NCBI GenBank assembly: GCA_965223505.1 | Contig: CBDCWP010000024.1 | Coordinates: 95,094-159,093, forward strand | Source: Planctomycetota bacterium | GTDB taxonomy: Bacteria > Planctomycetota > PLA2 > JAEUHO01 | Reading direction: 5' to 3' | DNA length: 64,000 bases | Part shown: positions 9,192 through 19,548 of the stretch, one piece after another | How positions within the stretch are numbered: position 1 is the first letter of the stretch | How the letters are laid out: each line of letters opens with the position of its first letter | Notes under the pieces: generated by a model | What the model saw: only the letters and a program-made list of their open reading frames with translations | Databases searched by the model: none | Told to the model about the DNA's origin: nothing | Position numbers and translations under genes: made by a program

Positions 9192-11081
9192 TCAGCGAAT
9201 CTGGCTTCGGCGCATGCCCGGCGTGGTCCGCACCGAGAACAGGTAGCGGGCATTGGTGAGGGTCAGGCCGAGGGCCGTGTCGACGTGGGTGATGTTCGTC
9301 CCCAGAGGGTCGGACACACACAAGCCGCTCGGGAACAGCGCGTTCGCATCGCCGTCGCCGGGCTTCCCGCTGGTCTGGAATGCAGGCAGCGTCATGAGCA
9401 GCTGGCCGCTCTTGTTGCTGATGTCGAGGCTCGTCAAGTCCACGATCGGCAGCGGCGGATGCTCGACGATCATCGGCTGAGACTGGCTGTCGGGACGCAG
9501 CTCGAACGGGACGACTTCGATCGGGAATCCGCGTTGGATGTACAGCACTTCTCCGTTCGGGTGCATGTACACCTCGTCGTAGAAGAACTCCTGCCCCATG
9601 TTGTAGACGTCGAGCACCTGTCCGGCGCCGCCCGGCCCGTTGAAGTCACCGAGGTAGATGAAGTCGTCGAACTGGAAGGTCTCGTCGACGGTGATGTCGC
9701 GGCGCACGATGGCGGCAAAGTGACCACCGTCCGGGCTGACGATGAAGTCGAGGAGCTCTTCGACGAAACCGTTGTCACCGATGTCGAACAGCGTCGTCGG
9801 CGACGAGACGCCGTCCCAATTCAGCGGGTACGCCCGAGCGCGCCGTTGATCGTTGTCCACGACGTACACGGACATGCCGTCCGGCATGAAACGCGGCGTG
9901 AAGAGCCCGTTGCCGGTGGGGATCATTCCCGCCGAGAGTACGACCTCCGAGTCCGACTCGATGACGTCGAGGAGGTCGGCGAAGCCCTGGCTGAAGTCCT
10001 CGTAGCGAATGAGCATGTGCCGCCCGTCCGGCGACTGCCGGAGGTCCGTCGTGAACGCGGTCGCGGCGTTGATCCCGTGCAACGGCACGCCCGGCATGGA
10101 GCCGTCGCCGATGACGCGTGAGTACGCCGCCTGGTCGGCGTTGGGAATGACCAGCTGGTTGTTCTGGGAGTTGAACAGGAACTGCTCGAAGTATGCGAAC
10201 TGCCCGCCGGCGTTCCGCAACCAACCCCAGAACGGATCACCCGTGAAGGTGAGCTGCTCGTTGCCCCCGCCCGCGATCGGAATCGGCAGGCCCGACTGGA
10301 TCGGCACGCTCATGAGCGTGAGCCCGAAGCTCGTCTCTCCGTCGATCGAGCTGGGCGTGAACTCCTCGTACAGGACGTGCCTACCGTTCGTCGCGGGCAC
10401 GAACTCGAGCGGCGGGAACGCGACCGGAAGCGGCTGCGGCGGCGGCACGCCCGGAAGGACCGAGTGCGTGTACAGGCCGCTTTGCGGCTCGCTGCCTTCC
10501 ACCTCTGCGCCGTCCGCGAGCACAGGGAAGCCGCCGAACGCGCCGAACACGATCAGTGCCGCCGAGCAGTCGCGAATGCCTACGGCGACGTGCCCCAGCT
10601 CGTCGTAGGTGGTCAGCGTGAACGTGTTCGCGTCGGTATCCAGCACCGCGGCGAAGTTGGGCTCGAGCGCCATGAACGACTCGACCCACGTCAGGAGCAC
10701 CAGATCGTCCTCCGTGAACCCGGCGGGCACCAGCGTGTCGTCGTAGACGACCGTGATGGTGCCGTCGACGGCCAACGGTTGTCCCACGGGCCCGCAACAC
10801 CAGAGCGGACCGAGGTAGGTGTAGGTGCACGGGTCGGGGGCCAAGATCGGGAACGGATCGAGCTGCGGCAAGATGGAGACCACGGTATCGGTCGCGAGCG
10901 AGCCGGGCGGGATGACGAGGCTCACGTCGCCACCCTGGACGACACCGCCCTCGGGGCCCACGCCCTTGATCTGGAACAGCGGGAACTCGACGACCTCGCC
11001 GACACCGCAGCCGCCCAGCAGGACGAACAGCCCCAGAAGCGGTAGCAGGGTGCGGGCCCCAGGTGTGCGCGCGGTGCTCAT
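9192..11081 (-). CDS. Lipoprotein with ZU5-like N-terminal domain and probable beta-propeller
   Basis: Lipobox LLGGC; GPEGG...SLVIPPGSL ZU5-like start; SPDG/MPDG/HPNG repeats; GGAAGG RBS before ATG 11081. Confidence 0.65.
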   Translation of the reverse strand: MSTARTPGARTLLPLLGLFVLLGGCGVGEVVEFPLFQIKGVGPEGGVVQGGDVSLVIPPGSLATDTVVSILPQLDPFPILAPDPCTYTYLGPLWCCGPVGQPLAVDGTITVVYDDTLVPAGFTEDDLVLLTWVESFMALEPNFAAVLDTDANTFTLTTYDELGHVAVGIRDCSAALIVFGAFGGFPVLADGAEVEGSEPQSGLYTHSVLPGVPPPQPLPVAFPPLEFVPATNGRHVLYEEFTPSSIDGETSFGLTLMSVPIQSGLPIPIAGGGNEQLTFTGDPFWGWLRNAGGQFAYFEQFLFNSQNNQLVIPNADQAAYSRVIGDGSMPGVPLHGINAATAFTTDLRQSPDGRHMLIRYEDFSQGFADLLDVIESDSEVVLSAGMIPTGNGLFTPRFMPDGMSVYVVDNDQRRARAYPLNWDGVSSPTTLFDIGDNGFVEELLDFIVSPDGGHFAAIVRRDITVDETFQFDDFIYLGDFNGPGGAGQVLDVYNMGQEFFYDEVYMHPNGEVLYIQRGFPIEVVPFELRPDSQSQPMIVEHPPLPIVDLTSLDISNKSGQLLMTLPAFQTSGKPGDGDANALFPSGLCVSDPLGTNITHVDTALGLTLTNARYLFSVRTTPGMRRSQIR

Positions 11082-11194
11082 TGCCTTCCTCCAGCCGGAG
11101 CGCAGATGATAGCCCCAGGCCGCTCCAACTGGGATCCAAAGGTCTCCGGCGACGCCTTTCGGGAGCCTACGCCGGCATGGGAACCGGCCCGCGC

Positions 11195-12547
11195 CTACCG
11201 CGTGACGACCTTCCCCGGGGGGGGCCGCAGGGGCGGCACGCCCCTCGGCGGCGCTCGGTCCAGCGCGAGGATGAGCGAGTGGATCGCGGTCACGTAGACG
11301 CGGCCCCCATCGACCCAGCCGGGCATCTTCATGCCGGGCAGCTCCCCGGTGTCGTTCGTCACGCCCGGAAGGTCGTTGCCCACACAGTCGCAGCCGCCGT
11401 TCTCGCGCTGCTTCGCCAGGATCTTCGGGAAGTAGATGCGGCGAAACGTCGCCCACGCCTCGTTGCCGCGCGCCGCGGCCAGGACGGCGCCGAAGCCGAG
11501 CGCCATGCCGGCCGACCCGTGACCGTCGCCGAGGTGCTGCGGGTTGGCGTCCAGCGCCTTCAGCGCGCGTTGGATCACCTCGTCGCCGCCGTCCATCCCG
11601 GCGAGATGAAGGGAGAGCACCGAACCGGACGTGCGCGCGATCGCGATCGCCCCGCCCAGGCCGCCGCCGCCGCGACCGCGCATGCCGTGCTTCTGCGTCG
11701 GGTCGTACGGCCAGGTGCCGTCCCCGTTCTGATACTCGACGAAGTACGCCCGACCGCGCGTGATCGTGTCCGTCGGTTTCTTGCCACCAAGCTGTCGATG
11801 CGCCGCGCCGAGACCGGAGAGCGCACAGTTCGACGCGCCCAGCAACGTAGGCGGGTACGTCATCGGGTCACCACCGGGCTTGGGGATCCTGATCGGCGGC
11901 AGGCCCATGCCTTCACGCTGCGCGTCGTCGTGGCCCCACCCACCATTCTCCTGCTGTGCGGCGGCGAGCACCTTCGTGATCACGCGCAACGTCTTCTTCG
12001 AGGCGCCCTTCGACTTGCCGCGCGCGACGCTCTCGGCGAAATAGTGGGCGGCGACGCCGAGGTTCCACACGTACTGCGCGTTGCCGAGGCCCATCCTGCC
12101 GAAGCCCGGCGGTCCCTTCGGCTCGTCCTTCTTCTTCTTGGGTTCCTTCTCCAAGCGCTCGTCGTCGCGGTCGTAGCCGCGCTCGATCGTCTCGGCGTAG
12201 CGCGTGAGGAAGTCATGGATGCGCTGAAGCTCCTTCTTCCGCGACGGGAGCTTCTTGAGGCCCTTGACCTTCTCGCCGCAGATCAGATACGCCCATCCCG
12301 CCATCGCGGCGGCGTAGTGCTTGCGACTCGAACCATGCTCCCCGAGCTTCCAGAGGTGGTCGTCCAGGAACGCGAACATCTTCTTGAGCGCCGCGTCGCG
12401 CTGTTCCGCGGTCACCTCGGCCGGGTCGGGTTCGACCTTGGCAGCGCCGCCGCCGTCAACGCCGCCGTTCTCGTCGGCGCGCACCGCGGCCGCGGGCACG
12501 AAGAGGACGAACAACGCGACGACGATCCGGAGCCGACCGATACCCAT
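11195..12547 (-). CDS. Secreted prenyltransferase/squalene-cyclase-repeat (alpha-alpha toroid) protein
   Basis: Signal peptide; QW-like repeats QQENGGWG, QNGDGTWPY, QRENGG. Confidence 0.7.
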   Translation of the reverse strand: MGIGRLRIVVALFVLFVPAAAVRADENGGVDGGGAAKVEPDPAEVTAEQRDAALKKMFAFLDDHLWKLGEHGSSRKHYAAAMAGWAYLICGEKVKGLKKLPSRKKELQRIHDFLTRYAETIERGYDRDDERLEKEPKKKKDEPKGPPGFGRMGLGNAQYVWNLGVAAHYFAESVARGKSKGASKKTLRVITKVLAAAQQENGGWGHDDAQREGMGLPPIRIPKPGGDPMTYPPTLLGASNCALSGLGAAHRQLGGKKPTDTITRGRAYFVEYQNGDGTWPYDPTQKHGMRGRGGGGLGGAIAIARTSGSVLSLHLAGMDGGDEVIQRALKALDANPQHLGDGHGSAGMALGFGAVLAAARGNEAWATFRRIYFPKILAKQRENGGCDCVGNDLPGVTNDTGELPGMKMPGWVDGGRVYVTAIHSLILALDRAPPRGVPPLRPPPGKVVTR

Positions 12548-12556
12548 GGCGAGAGT

Positions 12557-13063
12557 CTATTCGTTGCCGGGGGCGGTCGCGTGCGAATCGTCGTCGACGG
12601 CGCACTGCCGAAGCGCGACGAGATGCGGCAGTACGGGCGCCAGGAATCCGAAGCACTCGACGGCGCCCTGCGGCCTGCCCGGCAGGTTGACGATGACGGC
12701 CCTGCCGCGAACGCCGGCCAGCGCGCGGCTGCCGAGCGCGTGCAAGGTGACCTTCGCGCTTCGGCGGCGCATCTCCTCGGCGAGACCGGGCACCTCGAGC
12801 TCGATCACGTCGCGCGTCGCCTCCGGCGTGACGTCGCGGGGCGCGACGCCGGTGCCGCCCGTCGTGAGCACCAAACCGGACCGTTCGCAGGCGGTGCGTA
12901 ACGCGTCGGCAATCTGCGTCCGTTCGTCGGGCACGACCTGCACGTCGATCGGCTCGAACCCGGCTTCGGACAGCACGGGCCGCAGCAGGTCGGCGGTGGC
13001 GTCCGCGCGGTCACCCGCAGCAGCCCGGTCGCTCACAACGATGAGCGTCGTCGCGATCGTCAT
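12557..13063 (-). CDS. mog: MogA/MoaB molybdopterin adenylyltransferase
   Basis: VSDR, TTGGTGVAPRDVTPEAT, NLPG motifs. Confidence 0.9.
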   Translation of the reverse strand: MTIATTLIVVSDRAAAGDRADATADLLRPVLSEAGFEPIDVQVVPDERTQIADALRTACERSGLVLTTGGTGVAPRDVTPEATRDVIELEVPGLAEEMRRRSAKVTLHALGSRALAGVRGRAVIVNLPGRPQGAVECFGFLAPVLPHLVALRQCAVDDDSHATAPGNE

Positions 13064-14268
13064 GCGCCCTCCGGTTCCACGCCCTCGTCACGCAGCACGT
13101 CCAACACGTACGCGTACTCCTTCGCCAGCGCGTCGACGAGCGTGAGCCCGGCGCGCTCCGACTCGGGCAACACGTCCCACGTATAGGTCTCGATCTCGAC
13201 GTGCGTCGTAAGCGGACTCCGCGCGATCTCGCGCAGCGTTCGCTCGAGCTCCGGCTGCGTCGTTCGCAGCGGCGAGGCGGCCTCCCTGCAGTAGACCGGC
13301 ACGTGGTAGTGCACGCGCCACGGCTTGCACTGCTTCCAACGTCCGCTGCGGTCGCCAAGCACCTCGGGCAGGTCGTTGGCCACGTGCACGCGCTGACCGT
13401 CCGCGTCGGGCGCACCGACTTGATGCAGGTACACGGGTTCGTCGAATCCCGCAAGCGCCTCCGAAGCGCCGGCCGCCGCGGGGTCGCCAAGCTCCAGTGC
13501 GCACGACGCCTGCAGCTTGGCGATCGGGATCTCGTCGTCGGCGATCGCCGCAATGGACGCGGCGCAGTCTTCGTGCATGACGGCCTGATGGCAGGTGTCG
13601 AAGCAGACCCCGATGTACGCCGTGAGCTCCTCGTCGTCCTCGACCGCCTGCGCGAACGGACCGGCGAAGAAGGCCCGGAGCTCCGCCGTGGTCTCGATGG
13701 TGCAGCGCGGCTCTGGTTCGAGGCCCAGCACGACGTGCGTCCCCGTCTCCTCGTGCAGCTCGCGCAGGCCTTCGGCACAGACCCTGATGTTCCGAAGCGC
13801 GGCCTGCGTCTCGCTCGGATGCTCGCTCCATCCGCGCCAGGAACCGGGCGCCGTGGAGAGCGACACCATGCGCTCGGTTCCACTCAGCGCGGCCAGGAGC
13901 GCGGCGAACCCGAGCGTGTACTTCACGCGTCGCTTGTGCGCCCACGAGGGTTCGTAAACGCGGTCCTTGAGCGGCGTGCCGTGAAACTCATCCAGCACGA
14001 AAGCGTTCCCGCTGAAGACGAGCAGATCGTGCGCCTCGAGCGCGGCCTGAAGCGCTGCCAGCTGCTCGACGTCGTCACGCAATTCGCGTACGGCGTCGGC
14101 GTTCCACCGCACGGCCAGCCCGAAGGTCCCCTGCACCCCGAGACGCTCGCGCAGCGGCACGACCGTCGATTCGATGGCGTCGAGGGTCGCGGCCGCCGTG
14201 CCGCCCGGATGGACATTCATGCCGTAGCCCAGCCAAAGCGTTCGGCCGTCGGCGGTCTTCAAGCGCAT
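13060..14268 (-). CDS. eboE: EboE-like TIM-barrel protein
   Basis: NVHP, FH...K..VY.P.W, LEPEP, DTCH, WRVHYHVP, EIETYTW motifs. Overlaps mog by ATGA. Confidence 0.85.
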   Translation of the reverse strand: MRLKTADGRTLWLGYGMNVHPGGTAAATLDAIESTVVPLRERLGVQGTFGLAVRWNADAVRELRDDVEQLAALQAALEAHDLLVFSGNAFVLDEFHGTPLKDRVYEPSWAHKRRVKYTLGFAALLAALSGTERMVSLSTAPGSWRGWSEHPSETQAALRNIRVCAEGLRELHEETGTHVVLGLEPEPRCTIETTAELRAFFAGPFAQAVEDDEELTAYIGVCFDTCHQAVMHEDCAASIAAIADDEIPIAKLQASCALELGDPAAAGASEALAGFDEPVYLHQVGAPDADGQRVHVANDLPEVLGDRSGRWKQCKPWRVHYHVPVYCREAASPLRTTQPELERTLREIARSPLTTHVEIETYTWDVLPESERAGLTLVDALAKEYAYVLDVLRDEGVEPEGA

Positions 14269-14290
14269 GGCGGGAAGGTAGCATCCGTCC

Positions 14291-15250
14291 ATGCGCCGTC
14301 GCGTCTTCCTTCTCGCCCTCGCGCTGCTGGCAGGCTGCGGCGAGGAGCCCGCACCGACGTCGCGCGTGCCGCGCGACCCCGACGCGGCGCTGGCATGGGT
14401 GCGCGAGGCGGCGGAAGCGGACGACGATCGCGAGCTACGAGCGCGTCTGGCGGAGTGGCCCGTCGACGCCCCCGCGTTTCGCGCGCAACAGAGCACGCGC
14501 GTCGTTCTCACATGGCGGCTGCGGCATGCGCTGGGCGACGACGACACGATTCGAGCGCTGGAAGACTACCGGCGTTTGAAGGAGCGATTCGGGGGGGCAG
14601 GCCTGACGCCGGAGGGCGTGACGCTCGAGGCGGATTGGACGGCCGCGGCCATGTTCGACGCGTTGCTGGATGCGGCGCGCGGCCACGTGGAGGGCGCGAA
14701 CGCGAACCAGGCGTCCGCGAACGACATGTTGGGCCGAGCCAACGCGATGCTGGACGGGGTGTCCGACGACGCGCGCGCGAAGCTCGAGGCGGCGCAACGG
14801 TGGGTCCTGCTGCGGCGCATCCAGGATGCGCGACTGGGCGTGCCGTCTTCGGGTCCGCCGCAGATCGTCTTGCTGACCGACGACTTCGCGCTCGGGGAGG
14901 CGGTACTCCCGGGGGTGTTGAAGCGCTGGGCGCGTGACGGCAAGTCCTATGGGCTCGAGATCAGAATCGTCCCGCTGTGGCGCGACTTCGTGCGGCTGCG
15001 AACACGGCGCATTCCGGCGACGACGCAGGAAGAGGGCGCCGCGATTCAACGCCGGGCGAAGGAGATCGGCGCAACCGTGATGCCGACAGCCGAGCGCAGC
15101 GAGGCGCTGGAGCGCGAGCTCGGACTGCGGCCGAAACAGAATGCGCTATTCGTCGTCGACCGCGACGGCATCATCGTGGCCCGGATGACGGGATTCACGA
15201 TCGATCCCCGGGAGCTCGAGGCGGTCGTCCAGCGCGTGCTGTCCCGGTGA
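14291..15250 (+). CDS. Hypothetical lipoprotein, possible degenerate thioredoxin-like C-terminus
   Basis: Lipobox LLAGC; C-terminal FVVDRDGII; no CxxC motif. Confidence 0.6.
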   Translation: MRRRVFLLALALLAGCGEEPAPTSRVPRDPDAALAWVREAAEADDDRELRARLAEWPVDAPAFRAQQSTRVVLTWRLRHALGDDDTIRALEDYRRLKERFGGAGLTPEGVTLEADWTAAAMFDALLDAARGHVEGANANQASANDMLGRANAMLDGVSDDARAKLEAAQRWVLLRRIQDARLGVPSSGPPQIVLLTDDFALGEAVLPGVLKRWARDGKSYGLEIRIVPLWRDFVRLRTRRIPATTQEEGAAIQRRAKEIGATVMPTAERSEALERELGLRPKQNALFVVDRDGIIVARMTGFTIDPRELEAVVQRVLSR

Positions 15251-15256
15251 CTGCCG

Positions 15257-18040
15257 CTACGCGACGCCGATGGAGAGCGGGGCGCGGTCGTCGCGCATGC
15301 CCGGATCGACGCGCCACTGCGCGCGTGCCAGCCGGCGGCCTTCGCGCGGATCGGCCGCGGCGCGAATGAGCGCCCTGAGCTGCCGGCGCGCGGCGAAGCG
15401 GTGACCGACGGCGCGCCCGGCGTCCCCGACCCGCGCGAACACCCGCGCCAGGATCCGATGAATGCGCAGGTCGTCCATGTGTCCGCGATCGCGCACTTCC
15501 ATGAGCGCGGCGGCGGCGACGGCGGCCTCCCTGGCTTCGACCAACTGCTCCTGGCGGCGAAGGGCGTCCGCCAGGTGCGTGTACGCCAGCGCTCGTTGAT
15601 CGGCAGACAGCGAGATGTCCGCGCCGAGCTGCGCCAAGACGGAGCCGGCTTGCGCGGGCGACTTGCCCGTCGCCAGGTCGAGCCGGGCACGACCCAGGCG
15701 CACGTACGGCACCTTGCGAGCGCCCTCGAGCGTGCGTTGCGCGGCCTCGACGTTTCCGGCGCGGAGTCGCGCATCGAAGAGCACGGCGCGGGCGATGTCG
15801 GCGTCGAGCTCGAGACCCGCTGCGCGTAGATCGCGCTCCGCGCGCTCCAGCAGACGCAGCGCCCCCGGTGCGCCCGCGCGCAGATCGGCCTCGGCGAGCA
15901 TCGCCGCGGCCCGTACGCGAACTCGTGCGGAACCCCGCAATGCCGCCGCGGCCGTAGCGTGCTCGCGCTCGAGCGCGAGGTCTCCGCGCCCCCGATGGGC
16001 GACCGCGAGCGCGACATGGACGCGCGGGCGCATCGCGTGAAGGTCGTGCGCCGTCACGATCCGCAGCACCTCTTCGAGCTGTTCGGCGGCGCGGTCGTAC
16101 GCGTACTGGCGAATGTACGCGGTTCCCATCGCGTAGCGAACGCGCGCTTCGGCTTCGGTGTCGCCGAGTAGCGCGTGCGCCTGGGCGGCGGTCGACATGG
16201 CTTCCTGCGCGCGGTGCTCCCGTCCGAGGGTCTGCGACGTCTCTCCGACGGTCGCCCACGCCGTCGCGGCATCTCGCACGAGCCCGCAGGCCTCGAACAA
16301 GCGGGCTGCGCGGCGCATGTGAGCGGCGACTGCGCGGGTCCGCCCGTCGTGCGCCGCGCACGTAGCGACACCGCGATGGAAGCGCGCGCGACGCCGAACG
16401 TCCGACGTCGAAAGCGACCGTCCTGCGCAGCGCCACGCCCGCCGTGCGCCGTCGGAGTCGCCCTCATGGGTGCAGAGCGCGGCGAGCAGCTCCCACGCAT
16501 CGAACTGCTCGTGATCCACGCCCTTCATGCGCGGGCGCAACACGCCCTCCAGCAGCGCACGCGCTTCGTCGATGCGTCCCTTGCAGGCGTGCATTTCCGC
16601 GCGAACGTGGGCCTCACGGAGACACGGCTCCTCGTCACCGCTGACGGGCAAGAGATCGCGAGCGAGATCGAGGCGGCCCGAGCGCACCAGGTGCTGCGCG
16701 CATTGGGCGAACAAGGTGCGCTCGGCGCCGTTCTCGGCACGGCCGAGACGATCGGAGATCTCGACGAGACGTTGCAGGTCGTGACGCTCGATGCCGTCGT
16801 ACGGGTGCACGAGATCGAGTCCGTGCTGTAGGGCCGCCAGCGCGTCAGCGCGTCGACCGGCGCACAGCATCGCGAGGCAGCGGGAGAACGCCGCCGCGCA
16901 GCCGTTCTGGTCGAGCGCGGTCGCGTGATCCCAGGTATCGGCGAGCCGGGACGCGACGCGCTGCTGGTGGGCGGGGACCATGCCGTCGAGGAACGCAGTC
17001 CGTTCTTCAGCGTCGGCGAAGAAGGTCCCGGGCTCCACGCCGTCTCGGGCTGCCGCTGCTTCTGCGAGCACGCCGTCGACGAAGCTGCGCTTCACACCGG
17101 CGGCGTCCGCGATGACCGAGAAGTCGACGGGCTCCCCCTGAACCGCGACGAGCTCGAGTACGCGCTGCGCCGGCGCGCCGAGCGCCTTCGCGAATCGGAA
17201 GAAGGCGTCGCAGGCGCGGCGACCGTCGGGCCATTGCCGCGGCGGACGCTTGAGGATGATGCCGCGAGGCTCCTTGACGAGGTTACCGGCTCGGGCGAGC
17301 GTGCGTACGGCCTCGACGATTCGTCCAGGCCAACCGGCGTACCGTTCGTGCATCTGCGGGGCCAGCCGGCGCGCCGTCGCGACGTGACGAAGCCAGCGGC
17401 GCAACATGAGCTCCACCTGCGATTCCGAGAGCGCGTCGAGGGTCCACAGGGTGCCTGCCGGCGCGACGGACGTGTCCGCGCTGACGCCCGCGATGACGCC
17501 GGGGCCCTGATGATCGGCGCTCGGCAGAAGGATCGCTCTCGCATTCGCGTGCAAGCGATCGAACTCATCGACGATGACGGGCCCGATCGGCACGAGGCGT
17601 TCGAGCAACAGCCGAATCACATGCGGCACGGGGGTCGCGTCGCAGCGCGCACCGACGCCGCCGAACAACCAGCACGCCAGCGTGTCGACTTCCCACGACG
17701 GACGATGAAGCAGCGCGCGTAGGAACCTCGCGCCGGCGTGGACGTCATGATCGGCGAGACGGGTGCGAAGGGCTCGGCGAAGCGGCTCGTACGGTTCACT
17801 GCCCTGCGCGACCGGGCGAATCCAGATCGGCGGCGGTGCGTTGTCCTCCGCGACGATGTCGGCAGCCTCTTGAAGCACGCGCGTCACCCCCGATCCCCAG
17901 GGACCGGTGATGGTGACCCAGCCCCAACCGGCGCCTCGGCGGCGGAGACGGTTGCGCAAGCGTCCGAGAACCGGCTCTCGGCCCGTCAAGGGAGCCGGAG
18001 CTCGGTATCCGTACCAGTCTGCTTCGCCCAGGGATCGCAC
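15257..18040 (-). CDS. STAND-like P-loop domain plus TPR-like helical repeats, degenerate Walker A
   Basis: LTGRE, GPWGSGVTR (no Lys), VIVDE, GWP motifs, followed by long Ala/Arg-rich helical repeats. Confidence 0.65.
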   Translation of the reverse strand: MRSLGEADWYGYRAPAPLTGREPVLGRLRNRLRRRGAGWGWVTITGPWGSGVTRVLQEAADIVAEDNAPPPIWIRPVAQGSEPYEPLRRALRTRLADHDVHAGARFLRALLHRPSWEVDTLACWLFGGVGARCDATPVPHVIRLLLERLVPIGPVIVDEFDRLHANARAILLPSADHQGPGVIAGVSADTSVAPAGTLWTLDALSESQVELMLRRWLRHVATARRLAPQMHERYAGWPGRIVEAVRTLARAGNLVKEPRGIILKRPPRQWPDGRRACDAFFRFAKALGAPAQRVLELVAVQGEPVDFSVIADAAGVKRSFVDGVLAEAAAARDGVEPGTFFADAEERTAFLDGMVPAHQQRVASRLADTWDHATALDQNGCAAAFSRCLAMLCAGRRADALAALQHGLDLVHPYDGIERHDLQRLVEISDRLGRAENGAERTLFAQCAQHLVRSGRLDLARDLLPVSGDEEPCLREAHVRAEMHACKGRIDEARALLEGVLRPRMKGVDHEQFDAWELLAALCTHEGDSDGARRAWRCAGRSLSTSDVRRRARFHRGVATCAAHDGRTRAVAAHMRRAARLFEACGLVRDAATAWATVGETSQTLGREHRAQEAMSTAAQAHALLGDTEAEARVRYAMGTAYIRQYAYDRAAEQLEEVLRIVTAHDLHAMRPRVHVALAVAHRGRGDLALEREHATAAAALRGSARVRVRAAAMLAEADLRAGAPGALRLLERAERDLRAAGLELDADIARAVLFDARLRAGNVEAAQRTLEGARKVPYVRLGRARLDLATGKSPAQAGSVLAQLGADISLSADQRALAYTHLADALRRQEQLVEAREAAVAAAALMEVRDRGHMDDLRIHRILARVFARVGDAGRAVGHRFAARRQLRALIRAAADPREGRRLARAQWRVDPGMRDDRAPLSIGVA

Positions 18041-18227
18041 GAGAGACTATCGACCGATCCGCGGTCAAAACCGAAGGCGACGTTGCGATGGGTGGACACG
18101 TCCGGTTAGGCGGCCATTTGTAGGGGCTGGGTGCTTCGAACCGCCGATACGAAATGACGTAGTGTCGAGATTGGCGCTGCGCCTGTCGAATGCAGGTCGA
18201 AGGGGCTGCGGCCCTCCCCGCTCGCCC

Positions 18228-19409
18228 CTATGCGCGTGCGGCGGTGTGCGACGGCGCGCCGTGATACGTCGGCCCGCGCATGGGGGCCTCGACGCGCAAC
18301 GAACGGGCTACGTGATCGGCGACGTCTGCCGCCGCGTCGGGCCGACCGAACGCGCGCGCCCGCTTGGCCATGGCGTTGCGGCGCTTCGCATCGCGCAGAA
18401 GCCGGCCGGCGTTCCAGCGGATCTCTTCCGACGTGGGCGCCCAGACGCCGGCGCCGGCCTCCACGACCGCCAGCGCGTTGCGCTCCTCCTGACCGGCAAT
18501 CGCACCCGAGATCAGCATCGGCTTTCCGGCCGCCATGCATTCGGACGTCGAGATGCCCCCGCTCTTGCTCACGACGAAGTCGGCGATGGACATGAGCTCG
18601 GCGACGTTCTCCGTGAAACCGAGCGCGTGCAACGTGGCGCCGGTCGGACGGGCCAGGCGGGCGACGCGCCGACGCAACCGCGCGTTGCGTCCGCACACGG
18701 CGATCACCTGGGCATCCCGGCGTTCGATCCAAACGCCCTGGATCGCGCGCAGCATCGGCCCCGCGGCGAATCCCCCGGAGAGGAACAGCACCGTTGGACG
18801 GTCCGGATCGAGGCCGAGATTGGCGCGTGCGGACCGAGCATCGTGCTCACGCGTGAACTGCTCGCGAACGGGAATGCCCGTGATGGTGATCTTGTCCTCC
18901 GAGATGCCGTAGGTGAGCGCGAGCCGCGCCTCGACGGCCTCGGACGAGACGTAGTAGTGCTCCACCCGCGGCCACGCCCAGAGACGGTGCGTGTCGTGAT
19001 CGGTCACGACCGCATGCAACCTCGTTCGGATCTTGTTCTTCCGCATCGCTCGATCGAGCAGCTCGGGCGCCAGGAAATGTGTGCAGACGATCAGATCGGG
19101 CGCGAACTTCCGGCAGGCACGAATGAACCCGTGCCCCCCGACGATGGTGAGGAAGTGGCCGAGCGTGGACACGCGCGCATTCGTCGCGTCGTACAGCGCC
19201 CGCCAGAGAAGGGGGTGGCGGTCGACGAGCCGCACGTACCCCCAGCGGTAGATTCGACCGTAGGTCCGGTTCATGCGCGCGACCGCGTCCCAGTGGGCAA
19301 CCTCCAGCGAGGGGTGTCGAGCACGCAAGGCGGACGTCACCGCGTTCCCGGCCATCACATGACCGTGACCGGCGGATCCGCTGACGACGAGGACACGGCC
19401 TGAAGACAC
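18228..19409 (-). CDS. MGDG-synthase/UgtP-like GT28 glycosyltransferase
   Basis: SAGHGH, CTHF, VVTD, TGIPV, SKSGG, GQEERNA motifs. Start GTG uncertain. Confidence 0.88.
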   Translation of the reverse strand: MSSGRVLVVSGSAGHGHVMAGNAVTSALRARHPSLEVAHWDAVARMNRTYGRIYRWGYVRLVDRHPLLWRALYDATNARVSTLGHFLTIVGGHGFIRACRKFAPDLIVCTHFLAPELLDRAMRKNKIRTRLHAVVTDHDTHRLWAWPRVEHYYVSSEAVEARLALTYGISEDKITITGIPVREQFTREHDARSARANLGLDPDRPTVLFLSGGFAAGPMLRAIQGVWIERRDAQVIAVCGRNARLRRRVARLARPTGATLHALGFTENVAELMSIADFVVSKSGGISTSECMAAGKPMLISGAIAGQEERNALAVVEAGAGVWAPTSEEIRWNAGRLLRDAKRRNAMAKRARAFGRPDAAADVADHVARSLRVEAPMRGPTYHGAPSHTAARA

Positions 19410-19548
19410 GCTCGAACTGCACTCCGCGCACACACGAAGGGGGACGCACTCGAATCGTAGCACGCACCCGAAGTGCGTCCTCGAAGGGCGGACCGCCTCG
19501 ACGCGGGTTCATCCCGTTCGCTTGATGGTCGTGTGGGGCCGGACGCGC

